Shown one piece after another: positions 48,543 through 58,771 of a DNA stretch of 64,000 nucleotides. The stretch spans positions 1,792,001 to 1,856,000 of the forward strand of contig OY970067.1 of the NCBI GenBank assembly GCA_963705305.1, written 5' to 3'. Each line of letters opens with the position of its first letter. Position 1 is the stretch's first letter. Made by a program: the position numbers and the translations under genes. The stretch comes from an uncultured Methylomirabilota bacterium (GTDB taxonomy: Bacteria > Methylomirabilota > Methylomirabilia > Methylomirabilales > 2-02-FULL-66-22). Under the pieces are notes generated by a model. That model was not told the DNA's origin and ran no database searches. It was given only the letters and a program-made list of their open reading frames with translations.

Positions 48543-50312
48543 ATGAGATACACCCGAACACCCGCCCAGCCGGACCCCGGCCCCCCCGGGCGCCCCTTCG
48601 CGGGGCTCTGCTTCGCCATCTACGGCCGGAAGTCCACCCTCGACGCCCGGCACGAGGACCACAAGTCCGTGACCCGCCAGGTCGAGCAGGCGACGCGCTA
48701 TGTCGAGGCCCGGGGCGGGGAGGCCCTCCCGGGCCACGTGTACCTCGACGACGAGGTCAGCGGGGCGGAGTTCCGGGCGCGGGCGGGCCTCCTGCGGTTC
48801 CTTGACACCCTGAAAAATGGGAGGGCCTTCAACGCGGTCGTCACGTCCGAGGAGTCCCGCTTCGGCCGGGAGCAGCTCGAAACGGGCTACCTCCTGAAGC
48901 AGATCACTGACGCCGGCGTCCGGGTGTTCTACTACCTCGAAGACCGGGAGGCCCGCCTCGACTCGGCCCTCGACAAGATCATGGCCTCGCTCACGCTCTT
49001 CGGCGCCGAGCTGGAGCGGGAGAAGGCCCGGCAGCGGGCCCGGGATGCCGCCGAGCGGAAGGCCCGCCAGGGCCTCGTCACGGGCGGGGAGCCCTACGGC
49101 TACCAGAATGTCCCCTACCGCGCCGGGCAGGAGGTCCCCCCCGGGGAGCCCCACGACTGCGTGAAGCGTCGGATCCAGCCGGCCGAGGCGGCCATCGTCC
49201 GGGGGATCTTCCGGATGTACGCCGCCGGCTGGGGCATCACCAAGATCGCCAAGACCCTGAACGGCGTCCCGACCTATGCCGCGCAGAGCGCGGAATTCTT
49301 CACCGGCCAGCGGGTGGCCGCCCCCCGGACCGGCTCGTGGGCGCCGACGGCCATCCGGGCTATGCTCCACAGCCCCCTCTACCGCGGGGAGCTCGTCTGG
49401 GGACGGACGACGCACACGGACCGCGACGGCCGGGCCCGGCTCACGGCGCGCCGGCCGGCCCGGGAGTGGCTCCGGCAGCCCGCCCCCGACCTGCAGATCA
49501 TCCCGGACGAGTTGTGGGCCGCCGTCCAGGCCCAGCTCACCCGGCAGGCCGAGAAGTTCGCCCAGCCCGGCGCTGGCCGGGTGGCCGCCCCGGACCTCCG
49601 GCGGGAGGGTCGGTACCTCCTCTCCGGCCTGGCCCAGTGCGGCGTCTGCGGGGGGACCTTCGCCGTGGCGGGGGGCAAGTACCGGCGGTACGGCTGCGCC
49701 CACGCCCTGAAGCGGGGCGTCTGCGACAACCGCCTCTCCCAGCGGGTGGAACTGGTCGAGGAATCCTTCCTCGCCACCCTGGAGCGGGAGGCCCTCCTCA
49801 CCCCCGCGCGGTTCCTGCGGGCGGTCGAGTACGGGGTGGCGCGGGTGCAAGAGGAGCTCGCCGCGCAGCCGGACCGGCGGCCCGCCCTGGAAGAGGAGCG
49901 GGCCACTCTCACCCGGCAAATCGCGCACCTCGTGGCGGCCATCGGCAACGGCCATGGCCCGGCGGCCCTGGTGGCGGAGATCGAGAAGGCCGAAACCCGG
50001 CTCCGGGACATCGAGGGGGAACTCGCCCGCCTGACGGTGCCGCCAGCCCTCGGCGTCCTTGACCTGAAGCGGATCGAGCGGGATGTAGCGCGGGAGCTCG
50101 GCCGCTTTGCCGCCCTCCTCCGTGGCGACGTGCCGCAAGCCCGGCAAGCCCTGAAGCGGCTCCTGGCGGACCGCGTGACGTTCGATCCGGTCGAGCTGGG
50201 AGACGGCACGTGGACGTATGAGTTTCGGGGAGAGTTGACCTACGGGGCGGTCTTACAGGAGGTTGTATCTATGGAAAAAATCCCCCTGGGGACACCATTT
50301 ATATATACGTAA
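48543..50312 (+). CDS. Large serine recombinase (integrase); 3' end spans attR
   Basis: YGRKST, ESRFGR, PYGY, LSGLAQCGVCG..YGC..C zinc ribbon, coiled coil; GGAGG RBS. Confidence 0.94.
   Translation: MRYTRTPAQPDPGPPGRPFAGLCFAIYGRKSTLDARHEDHKSVTRQVEQATRYVEARGGEALPGHVYLDDEVSGAEFRARAGLLRFLDTLKNGRAFNAVVTSEESRFGREQLETGYLLKQITDAGVRVFYYLEDREARLDSALDKIMASLTLFGAELEREKARQRARDAAERKARQGLVTGGEPYGYQNVPYRAGQEVPPGEPHDCVKRRIQPAEAAIVRGIFRMYAAGWGITKIAKTLNGVPTYAAQSAEFFTGQRVAAPRTGSWAPTAIRAMLHSPLYRGELVWGRTTHTDRDGRARLTARRPAREWLRQPAPDLQIIPDELWAAVQAQLTRQAEKFAQPGAGRVAAPDLRREGRYLLSGLAQCGVCGGTFAVAGGKYRRYGCAHALKRGVCDNRLSQRVELVEESFLATLEREALLTPARFLRAVEYGVARVQEELAAQPDRRPALEEERATLTRQIAHLVAAIGNGHGPAALVAEIEKAETRLRDIEGELARLTVPPALGVLDLKRIERDVARELGRFAALLRGDVPQARQALKRLLADRVTFDPVELGDGTWTYEFRGELTYGAVLQEVVSMEKIPLGTPFIYT
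50279..50310 (+). repeat. attR of island 1 / left junction of island 2
   Basis: tRNA 3'-end copy followed by TTTATATATACGT, which recurs at 62063-62075. Confidence 0.9.
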
Positions 50313-50475
50313 GTGTGATTCGGTTTGGATCTGTTCCTTGACGATTTTCCCGCGTTGAACTGACCCCCCATCGAAATCAACTATCCCATTCCTCCGCCTG
50401 CAAGGCTGATCCGGACTCTTGTTCGAGGCGGGCGGGCGCATCCTTGAGTTACGGGGGTGGGGCCCGTATCGTCCG

Positions 50476-53193
50476 TCAGCTTCCCGGGCCCGCAAAGGGC
50501 ATCCGCACGGTGAAGGTACTCCCGCGACCCTCGCCAGGAGACTCCGCCCAGATCCGTCCGCCATGCAGCTCCACCAGCCGCTTGCTCAGGGCGAGACCGA
50601 GGCCGGTGCCCTCCTGGGCCTGGGCGCGGGTGGTCTCGAGCTGGGTGAAGTTCTGGAAGAGCTTCGGGAGGTCCTCCGCCCGGATCCCCACGCCGGTGTC
50701 GGTGACGGCGAGCTCGAGGAACCGCGGGGGGGCAGGGGCGCCGGAGAGCGGGGGTGAGGTGTCTCGCGTGGCTCCCGCCGCCTCGGCGCACGCGCGGGCG
50801 GTGAGGGTGATGGTGCCCCGTTCGGGGGTGAACTTCACCGCGTTGGAGAGAAGGTTGAACAGGATCTGCTTGAAGCGGACGGGGTCGGCCGTGAGTGGGG
50901 GGAGGTCCGGGGCGATGGCGGCCGTGAGGACCTGCCCCTTCTCGCTGGCCAGGCCCCGGGCGATGACGAGGAGGTCCTCCAGAGTCTGGGCCACCGGGAG
51001 GGGCTCGGGCTGGAGGGCGATCTTCCCCGCCTCCACCTTCGCGAGGTCGAGGATGTCGTTGATGAGGGTGAGGAGGTGCTGGCCGCTCCCGTAGATGTGG
51101 CCCAGGTAGCGGCGCTGCTTCTCCGACAGGGCGGCCCCGACCTGCTCCTGGAGGATCTGGGCGAACCCGAGGATCCCGTTCAGGGGGGTCCGGAGCTCGT
51201 GGGACATGTTCGCGAGGAACTCGGACTTGTGCCGGGAGGCCGCCGCCAGCTCGGCCGTGCGGGCAGCGACCCGCTCTTCCAGTTCGGCGGCGTGGCGCTG
51301 GACCTCCGAATACAGCCCCGCGTTCTCGATGGCGATGGCGGCCTGGGTGGCAAACACCCGCAGGAGATTACGCTCGTCGGGGGTGAATTGCTCGCGGGGG
51401 TGCTCGTAGTCGAGCGCCAGGACGCCGATGAGCCGCTCGCGATAGAGAAGCGGTTCCCCCATCACGGCACTGATCTGCTTCCGCGCGAGCACTCGCTGGT
51501 CGGCGTACGGCTCGCCGGGATAGTTGGTCGTGACCACCCCTTCCCGGCGCCGGGCCACCTGCCCGGCGAGGCCGCCCTCCAGCGACTGCGGGGTGTCGGC
51601 CCGCCAAGCTTCGTAGCCGATCCAGGCCTGCGGCACGAGCTGGCCGGTCGCCGCCTCCCACAGGAAGCACGTCCCCGAGGTCGCGCACATGAGGCGGGTC
51701 GCCTGCTCCACAATGAGTTGGAGCAGGCGGGTGAGGTCCAGCTCGTGGGTGAGCTCGGTGCTCACCTCTCGGACGGCTTCGAGCTGCGCCGTACGGGCCC
51801 GGAGCGCCGCCTCGGCTTCCTGGCGTTCGGCGATCTCCTGCCGAGCCGTCTGGTAGAGGCGCACGTTCTCGCTGTAGAGCTGGCTGGCGGCCACGGCCCC
51901 GGCGATCTGGCCAGCGATGCGCTCGGCGAGCCGCACATCCCGGTCGGTATAGGCGTTGGCCTGGCGCGACCGCAGGAGCAGTCCCCCGATGACCCGGCCC
52001 TTCGAGAACAGGGGGACATTGAGAATCGACCGGAAACCTGCCTGGAAGGTCGAGACGAGGCCCGGGAATCTGTCTGCATATGCTCGAAAGTCATCCGTCT
52101 GGATCAGCAGGCTGGCCCCGGTCCGGACCACCTCGGCGTGGCCCGATCCTTCCAGGGGATACTCCTCCGAGGTATTCCGATCCTGGAGGCCCTCGCCTGC
52201 GATGAACGGATTCCGAACAACATTCTTCTCCGTATCGATGTGGCTGATGAGAATGCGGTCGAACGGCAGGACCTTCCGGGCTTCCGCAGCAAAGTTCTCG
52301 TAGACCTCCTCGATATTCAGGGTGGAGCTGATGAGCCGCCCCAGCTCCGCCATGATCGCTTTTTCCTGGGCTAGGCGTCGCGCCTCCTCCTCGCTGTGCC
52401 GGAGTTCCGCCTCGGCCTGCTTGCGGACGGTGATGTCTTCGATGAAACCCTCTAGGCGGAGGAGGTGGTCCACTTCATCGCGCACGGCCCAGACGTGGAG
52501 GAGACCCGGGAACGTGCTGCCGTCCTTGCGTCGATACAGGGTCTCCACGACGATCGGCACACGGCTCTCCGTAATCCTCTTGACGATCTCGGCGCGCTGT
52601 GGCGGGTCCGCGTACAGGTCGGTTGCCACATCATTGATTGCCCGCACGAGTTCTTCCGGAGACTCGTAGCCGAACATGAGGGCGCACGCGGGATTAACGT
52701 CGAGGAGCTTCCCTTCCAGCGTCGATTGGAAGATGCCCAGTACGGCGCGCTGAAAGAACCGGCGATGGCGCTCCTCACCTCCCCGGAACGCCAACTCGGC
52801 CGCCGCCCGCGCTCGGCGGAGGGTGCCGTAAGCGAGCGCCCCCCGGACGGCGTCCCCGAGCCGGGCGAGCCGGTCCTTGAGGAGGTAGTCAGCCGCCCCG
52901 AGCCGCAGGCATTCCAGGGTGACCTCCTCGCTGACGGTCCCGGTGACGATGAGCGTCGGGATGTCCCGGCCCTGCGCGCGCAGGAGCCCCAGCGCGTCCC
53001 GGGCGGTGAAGCCCGGCAGGGTGTAGTCGGCCAGGATGAGGTCCAGGGCGGGGGTGAGGTGCGCGAGGAAATCCGCCTCGGTCTCCACCCACTGCCAGTC
53101 GGGGGCGTACCCGGCTTCCTCGAGATGCCGGACCATCACCGCGGCGTCCGTGGGGCTGTCCTCGAGAATGAGCACCCGGAGCGGAGTGGCCAT
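50476..53193 (-). CDS. Hybrid sensor histidine kinase (REC-PAS-GAF-GAF-HisKA-HATPase)
   Basis: ILEDS, FLANMSHELRTPL, NLLSNAVKFT, DTGVGI, GTGLGL. Confidence 0.93.
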   Translation of the reverse strand: MATPLRVLILEDSPTDAAVMVRHLEEAGYAPDWQWVETEADFLAHLTPALDLILADYTLPGFTARDALGLLRAQGRDIPTLIVTGTVSEEVTLECLRLGAADYLLKDRLARLGDAVRGALAYGTLRRARAAAELAFRGGEERHRRFFQRAVLGIFQSTLEGKLLDVNPACALMFGYESPEELVRAINDVATDLYADPPQRAEIVKRITESRVPIVVETLYRRKDGSTFPGLLHVWAVRDEVDHLLRLEGFIEDITVRKQAEAELRHSEEEARRLAQEKAIMAELGRLISSTLNIEEVYENFAAEARKVLPFDRILISHIDTEKNVVRNPFIAGEGLQDRNTSEEYPLEGSGHAEVVRTGASLLIQTDDFRAYADRFPGLVSTFQAGFRSILNVPLFSKGRVIGGLLLRSRQANAYTDRDVRLAERIAGQIAGAVAASQLYSENVRLYQTARQEIAERQEAEAALRARTAQLEAVREVSTELTHELDLTRLLQLIVEQATRLMCATSGTCFLWEAATGQLVPQAWIGYEAWRADTPQSLEGGLAGQVARRREGVVTTNYPGEPYADQRVLARKQISAVMGEPLLYRERLIGVLALDYEHPREQFTPDERNLLRVFATQAAIAIENAGLYSEVQRHAAELEERVAARTAELAAASRHKSEFLANMSHELRTPLNGILGFAQILQEQVGAALSEKQRRYLGHIYGSGQHLLTLINDILDLAKVEAGKIALQPEPLPVAQTLEDLLVIARGLASEKGQVLTAAIAPDLPPLTADPVRFKQILFNLLSNAVKFTPERGTITLTARACAEAAGATRDTSPPLSGAPAPPRFLELAVTDTGVGIRAEDLPKLFQNFTQLETTRAQAQEGTGLGLALSKRLVELHGGRIWAESPGEGRGSTFTVRMPFAGPGS

Positions 53194-53258
53194 GGGGGGA
53201 GCCTAGCGGGCCAGCCTCAGGCTGTCAAACAGGCAGCACGTATCGACGGCTCTTTCTG

Positions 53259-54192
53259 TAATCCGGGACGTTGCCAAGCAATTCACGGAGCGGCCGTGAG
53301 CAGTCGCTCCCACCGCGCGCGCTCCACGCGGCCGCGCGCTACCGCCTGGGACACCGCCTGGGGGGAGACCCCGAGGACGGGAGCCCGGGGCCCCGCGGGG
53401 TGCCCGCCCACCGCCACCCAGCGGGAGGCGATGCCGGCCCGGGCGCGCGCCACCGCGCCGGGGCCCCCCCGCCAGGGTGGCCCGCCCCAGACCGCCCTAG
53501 CGGCAGCCCCGGGCCGTGCGGGGCGCCCCCCGGAGGGCGGGTCTGCGGACCGGGGCGGCCGACGCCCCCGCCGGCTGCCGCTGCGCCGCAAACGCCGCCC
53601 GGCCGCGGATCCGCGCATCCCCGCGATCCGCCGCGCGCGGGCGGGGGCCGCACTGCCCAAGGCTGGTCCGCGTGTCTCGCCAGGCCCGGGGGCCCGTTCC
53701 CCCGAGCGCGCTGTGGCCGGTCCAGGGGCAGCGGGCGAGCGTCCGGAGCGCGGGCACGCCGTTCGCGCGGCGCGGGTGGAGGTGCAGGTAGCGGACGCGG
53801 TCCCGGAGGGAGGGCGCCGCCGCCACCACGAGGGCCGTGTCGCGGCTCTGGAAGAGGTGCCCGACCCGCTTCTGGCGGCGGTTGACGGCCCCGGCGGAGC
53901 CGGTCCGGAGGGACCGCATGCTCCGGGGCAGGGGGCGCGTCCCGGTCCGGACCAGGCGGTGGGCGTGGTTCGGGAGGGCCCAGGCGTAGACGGTGAGGGC
54001 CCCCTGCTCCGCCAGGGCGGCGAGGCGGACGAGGAAGTCCGTCCGATCGGTGTCGGCGCGGAAGAGCCTGGTGCGCTCGATCCCGCGCACCCTCACCTGG
54101 TGCAGCGTGTCCGGCGCCTCCAGCCGCGGCTGGCGTGGCCTGATGGAGTTGCGGCTCGCACACCTTGGTTTACTTGGCAACGTCCCGGATTA
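53259..54192 (-). pseudogene. Degenerate RAYT/IS200-like (HUH Y1) transposase flanked by 20-bp inverted repeats
   Basis: PRQPRL..RGIER..PNHAH..GHLFQSR; frameshifts and lost start; IR TAATCCGGGACGTTGCCAAG at 53259-53278 and 54173-54192. Confidence 0.8.
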
Positions 54193-54380
54193 TTCCGCCC
54201 TTCGGTTCCCGGCTCCGGATCAGATGCTGCGCCTGCAAGTGACTGGTGACTCACATTCGCGGAGTCACAGGCGGAGGTAATGCGGGTCGTTTCGTATTCA
54301 AGAAATACACCCGAATGCGCGGATTCCTGAACTACCCCCATGTTTTCCAACAGACGACAAACATGGTCCACCCGCCCTAA

Positions 54381-55319
54381 TTACGGACAGTACTCGTTGC
54401 CATTTCCACTGAGTCTTCTTCCGCCAGCACACTTTATATCGCAGTGAATGTCATTGAGTTTGTAGGTCCATATTTGATTACAAGCCCCACCACCGCCCCA
54501 AAGATCTAGAGAGCTGCCATCATCGCTAATCTTGACCTTGTATGTGTAATCTCTTTCGAGGCCCGGCGCATATAAGCACTGGCCGGGCCAACTGGCTTCC
54601 AAACCATCCAGGGTCAATTCCCCTGGCCCCATGTGCACCCATCCGTTGGCAGAGTGAACCCCGTAATTGAGCTTATTTCCCTGTACATCTATCTCCCAAG
54701 CTCCACAAAGAAACCGCGCGCCGTTAAGTCGGGCGAGCAGCTCTTGCTGCTTCTTTTGTCTCTTTGCCGCAATTCCTGCCGGGCTTGACTCCCAGGCTCG
54801 CTGTTGCTCCTCTTGCTGTCTCTTCACCTGTTCTTCCGCCGCGGCCTGCTTATACGCCTTCAACTTGTAGATTTCGTCCTGGGCGTCGCGGGCGTCGGCG
54901 GGGTGGGTCAGCAGGTAAAGGTTCAGGCTGGCGATGGCGTCGTCATACTGATGCGCTGCCTTCTGGACGATGGCCAGCTTCTCATAGGCCTCCGCCCACC
55001 AGGGAGCGGCCAGCAGCGCCGCTTTGTATTCATCAATGGCTCTGGCGAAGCCGCTGCTTTCGGTCGCTTTCTCCGTGAATGCCTGCGCCATGACGTAGTG
55101 CGCGCGGGCCTCTTCGGGAATCGCCGGCGCCGGACTCATGGTCTGCACAAGCGCGATGATCTTCTCCCGCAGCGCCGTGTCGCCGGGGTTGCTCTGCAGA
55201 TCGGCGACGTATTGGTTGAGCGTCTGCTGCGGGTCAGCCGTCTGCGCCCGCGCCGGAATGGCGACCGCGCATAACAGCGGGAAAAGCATAATTCCCAGAA
55301 GAATCGTTCTTGTCTTCAT
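54381..55319 (-). CDS. Secreted TPR-repeat protein
   Basis: Signal peptide; AIDEYKAALLAAPWWAEAY TPR; divergent Cys-containing C-terminus. Confidence 0.75.
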   Translation of the reverse strand: MKTRTILLGIMLFPLLCAVAIPARAQTADPQQTLNQYVADLQSNPGDTALREKIIALVQTMSPAPAIPEEARAHYVMAQAFTEKATESSGFARAIDEYKAALLAAPWWAEAYEKLAIVQKAAHQYDDAIASLNLYLLTHPADARDAQDEIYKLKAYKQAAAEEQVKRQQEEQQRAWESSPAGIAAKRQKKQQELLARLNGARFLCGAWEIDVQGNKLNYGVHSANGWVHMGPGELTLDGLEASWPGQCLYAPGLERDYTYKVKISDDGSSLDLWGGGGACNQIWTYKLNDIHCDIKCAGGRRLSGNGNEYCP

Positions 55320-55583
55320 GGTTTGTCACTCCTTGGTACAGCATTTTTCGATTGGGCACGGGGGGAGGGCCGCGCAGGCGTTGCGGGCTATGGCTGCGCC
55401 GGGCGCATGGCGTTATGGACCGGGAACACGGAGGCCAGATGGCGGGCGTGGTCCAGGATCTCGTCGACGTATGTGCTGTCAGGGGCCAGGCTCTTGGCCA
55501 TTTCCATCTCCCTGACCTCGGTGGCGTAGTTTCCCCACGCTTCAGAGAGCAGAGCGTTGCCGACCAGCATCTCCACGGTCTTA

Positions 55584-56669
55584 TTAACCAGTGCATAATA
55601 GTGTAGACATTAGGCGGCCGCCGCATACTTGGTCGTGGGGGCCTGGAAGAAGGACCGGACGATCAGAGGGGAGTGCTGGAGGTGCCGGAGGTGCGAGCGC
55701 ACCGCCCGCTGCAGGTCGGCGGGGCCGGTGAGGGCCATCCGGCCGATCCCGTTGTTCTTGAGATCGTTCCAGACCCACTCGTCGGGGTTTAGTTCGGGCG
55801 CGTAGGGCGGGAGGCGAAAGAGCTGAATCCGGGGCGCCACGGAGGCGACGAACTTCTCGACGCGCTTCGCCCTGTGGGCCGGGTGCCCGTCCACGATGAC
55901 GAAGAGGACGCCGGGGACATCGTGGAGGAGGCGCTTGAGGAACGCGATGAACACCTTCGCGCCCACCCGGCCCTTGGTCGCCATGAACCGGAGTTCCCCC
56001 CGCGGGGAGACGGCCGAGAGCCGGGTCAGGCCGAAGCGGGCCCCGGTGGTCGAGACGATGGGGGTCTGGCCGCGGGGCGCCCAGGGGGTCCCCGCGTGGG
56101 CATCCGAGCGGATCCCGGCCTCGTTGCCAAAGAAGAGGCGCGCGTGCTGGCGCTGGGCGGCCGCCGCGATCTGGGGGTACTCCTCCTGGAGCCACCGCTC
56201 GACCTGGGCCGGGTCCTGCTGGTAGGTCCGCCACAGGGGGCGCTGGGCGCTCAGCCCGAGCTGGCCGAGGAGCCGACTCACGGAGCTGCGGCTGAGGGGA
56301 ATGCCGAACCGGTCCCGGATGAGCGTCGCCACCAGCGAGGCCGTCCAGAGGGCGAAGAGGAAGTGGAGTTGCTGCGGGCTCTTCCCGGTCACCGTGTCGT
56401 AGAGCCAGCGGAGGGCCTTCCCGTCCAGCTTCGGCGGCCGGCCCCCCCGCTTGCGGGCATCCAGGGCGTGCCAGCCGTACACGGCTTGGCGGGACACCCC
56501 GAAGACCCGCGCCACCACTTCGGGGCTCTCCCCGCCCTGGATTTGGGTCACGGCGCGGGTGCGCAGTTCGGTGAGCATCCGGTGATCGAGGCGGCGGGCA
56601 TCATTAAGTCGCATACCGGTTTCACAGCATCCCTAGCGATGTATGTCAATACTATTATGCACAGATTAG
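55584..56669 (-). mobile_element. IS630-family insertion sequence
   Basis: TA TSD at 55582-55583 and 56670-56671; imperfect IR sharing GTGCATAATAGT..GACAT. Confidence 0.9.
55610..56614 (-). CDS. IS630 transposase, probably inactive
   Basis: IVDGHPAH, LPPYAPELNPDEWVW; first catalytic Asp appears as Asn (FFGNEAG). Confidence 0.85.
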   Translation of the reverse strand: MRLNDARRLDHRMLTELRTRAVTQIQGGESPEVVARVFGVSRQAVYGWHALDARKRGGRPPKLDGKALRWLYDTVTGKSPQQLHFLFALWTASLVATLIRDRFGIPLSRSSVSRLLGQLGLSAQRPLWRTYQQDPAQVERWLQEEYPQIAAAAQRQHARLFFGNEAGIRSDAHAGTPWAPRGQTPIVSTTGARFGLTRLSAVSPRGELRFMATKGRVGAKVFIAFLKRLLHDVPGVLFVIVDGHPAHRAKRVEKFVASVAPRIQLFRLPPYAPELNPDEWVWNDLKNNGIGRMALTGPADLQRAVRSHLRHLQHSPLIVRSFFQAPTTKYAAAA

Positions 56670-57894
56670 TAACATCGTGCCCAGGGGCTTTGAAGTTCGC
56701 CGACATCACGGCCAGGGCCAGGTCCCAATTGGCGATGACCTTGTTGCCGGGGTCGAGTTGGCCGGCGCGTTTGGCGGAATCGCTGGCCGTGGCTGCGTCA
56801 CCCATCATCAGGGCCGCCAGGCCGTGGTAGAGCCACTGCATGGCCCGGTCCTTGTCTTCCTGCTCCTTTTGCTGGCGACCCTTCAGAATGTCCTGCGCCA
56901 GCAGCAGGCCGTTGCGCACCAGAGGGTCGTCGGGGCGCTGCAACTGCGCCTGCTTGAAGTACGCGACCGCATCCTGGGCGTCCTGGACGCTGAACGTCGG
57001 CCGCATCAGCGCCTGGAAGCCTTTGTTGTAGTTGGCGTTCTGGAAGGTGGCCGGGTCAATCTGGGCCGGGAAGACGCGCTCCTCGCCCCGCACGACGTGC
57101 GGATCCAGCGTGATCGGTTTGTCCGGGTCCAGGCCCAGGCAGCGGAGATCGACCACGGCGGATCCCAAGTTGCCCCACTGGCATCCCGGATCCTTCGCCG
57201 TTTGCACGCCGCTCGAACTGGGAGCGTCCTTCAGGCCGAGGGCGCCCGTGCCCGTATCGCCGAGGCCCTTGAGCCCGAGGGTGTTCCCGGTCTCGGCCCC
57301 CTCCAGGCCAAGCTCGCCCGCGATGCCCTTCATGTCGCGCAGCGCCTCCTGCTTGCTTTGCTCGAACTCCGCCTGCCGGCGCTGAGCCTCCTCGGCCTCC
57401 TGCCGCTGGCGCTCGGCCTCCTGCCGCCGCAGCTCCTCTTCCTGGCGCTGGCGTTGGGCCTCCTGCCGCTGGCGCTCGGCTTCGTCGTCAATGGAGGGCG
57501 ACGCGGGAGGCCCTGTACTTCGGCCGCCCCAGTTCGGGCCGGGCGCGCAGCTCATGCTCCCTGAATTCGGGACGCCGCCGCACGCGGAGCACCAGGCCGC
57601 ATACGCCCGCCACCACGCCCCCCCAAAGCCGGCCGGCGGGCTGCTACAGTTCTGCGCCGCGGCCAGCGAAGGCAGCAGCACCGCCACCCCGAGCAAAGCG
57701 GCCACACCGAGGAGCCGTTTCATGGTCGCCTCCCAGCGCGAAGGCACCTATGATTACCTGGGTCCACATATAGCAAACGGCAGGCCGCTCCGCAAGCTTA
57801 TGGAGACAGACAGTACGCCCCGAGGAACAGGTCTGGACGCCTGTTTGCAAGCGGAGACTGCTCCGGACTGACCATAAACGACTGTCAACGGATC

Positions 57895-58551
57895 GTGGGG
57901 GAACTACGGAAGCTGGGCATCGCGGTGGCCAAATCCACGGTCGAGAACTATCGCATCCGCCCGCGCCGGCCGCCCTCCCCGTCGTGGCGAGCCTTCCTGA
58001 AGGCTCACCTCTCGGAGATCGTCGCGCTGGACTTTTTCACGGCCCCGACGGTCAACTTCCGGGTGCTCTTTGTGCCCATCGTGCTGGCGCATGACCGCCG
58101 GCGGATTCTCCATTTCACTGTGACCGCGCATCCAACCGCCCACTGGACCGCCCAGCAGCTGGTCGAGGCCTTCCCCTGGCGTACGGCCCCCCGGTACCTG
58201 CTCCGGGATCGCGATGGGGTGTATGGCCAGACCTTTCAGCAGCGCGTGGCGGGCTTGGGCCTGGCGCAAGTGCTCACCCCGCCGCGGAGTCCCTGGCAGA
58301 ATCCGTTTGCGGAGCGCCTCATCGGGAGCATTCGATGGGAGTGTCTGGACCACGTGATCGTCTGCAGCGAAGAGCATCTCCGCCGCATCCTCGCGCGATA
58401 CGTCGATTATTATCACCGCTGGCGGACGCCCTTGTCATTGGCCATGGATGCTCCCGACCGGCGCCCGGTGCAGCGGCCGGATCAGGGTGCCATCATCGCG
58501 GTGCCGGAAGTGGGTGGGTTGCATTACCACTACGAACGGAGGGCTGCGTGA
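57895..58551 (+). pseudogene. Integrase-core (rve) transposase fragment, 5'-truncated
   Basis: ALDFFT, LLRDRDGVYG, SPWQNPFAERLIGSIR, GGLHYHYERRAA. Confidence 0.8.
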
Positions 58552-58771
58552 GGGCCGACGTGCGATGAGTTTTCGGGAGGGACACTCAGCGGAGGAAACG
58601 AGCTTGCCGGCGGGTTTGGTCGGGGTTCATTACAACGGCCAGGAGTTCCTGCGTGGGGGCGACGTTCTAGTGAGGCTTCCAGGCAGGGAGGCCAGATAGT
58701 ATCTTGTGTACTATCTTTATGTTCGGTATTTTGGGTGTCCGCTGAGCTACCCCGCGGCCAGACCCATGACA

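Larger units (their letters stand above)
28565..50287. mobile_element. Genomic island 1: LSR-integrated element at tRNA-Glu
   Basis: tRNA 3' end AATCCCGCTGGGGACACCA repeated as AATCCCCCTGGGGACACCA at 50279-50297; LSR at the right end; accessory cargo. Confidence 0.88.
55388..57723 (-). pseudogene. Secreted coiled-coil/TPR protein interrupted by IS630
   Basis: Removing 55584-56671 joins GHDV to KTVEMLVGN in frame. Confidence 0.85.

Noticed and set aside
57370..57480. Tandem DNA repeats
   Set aside because: They encode the low-complexity EAERQRQ coiled coil
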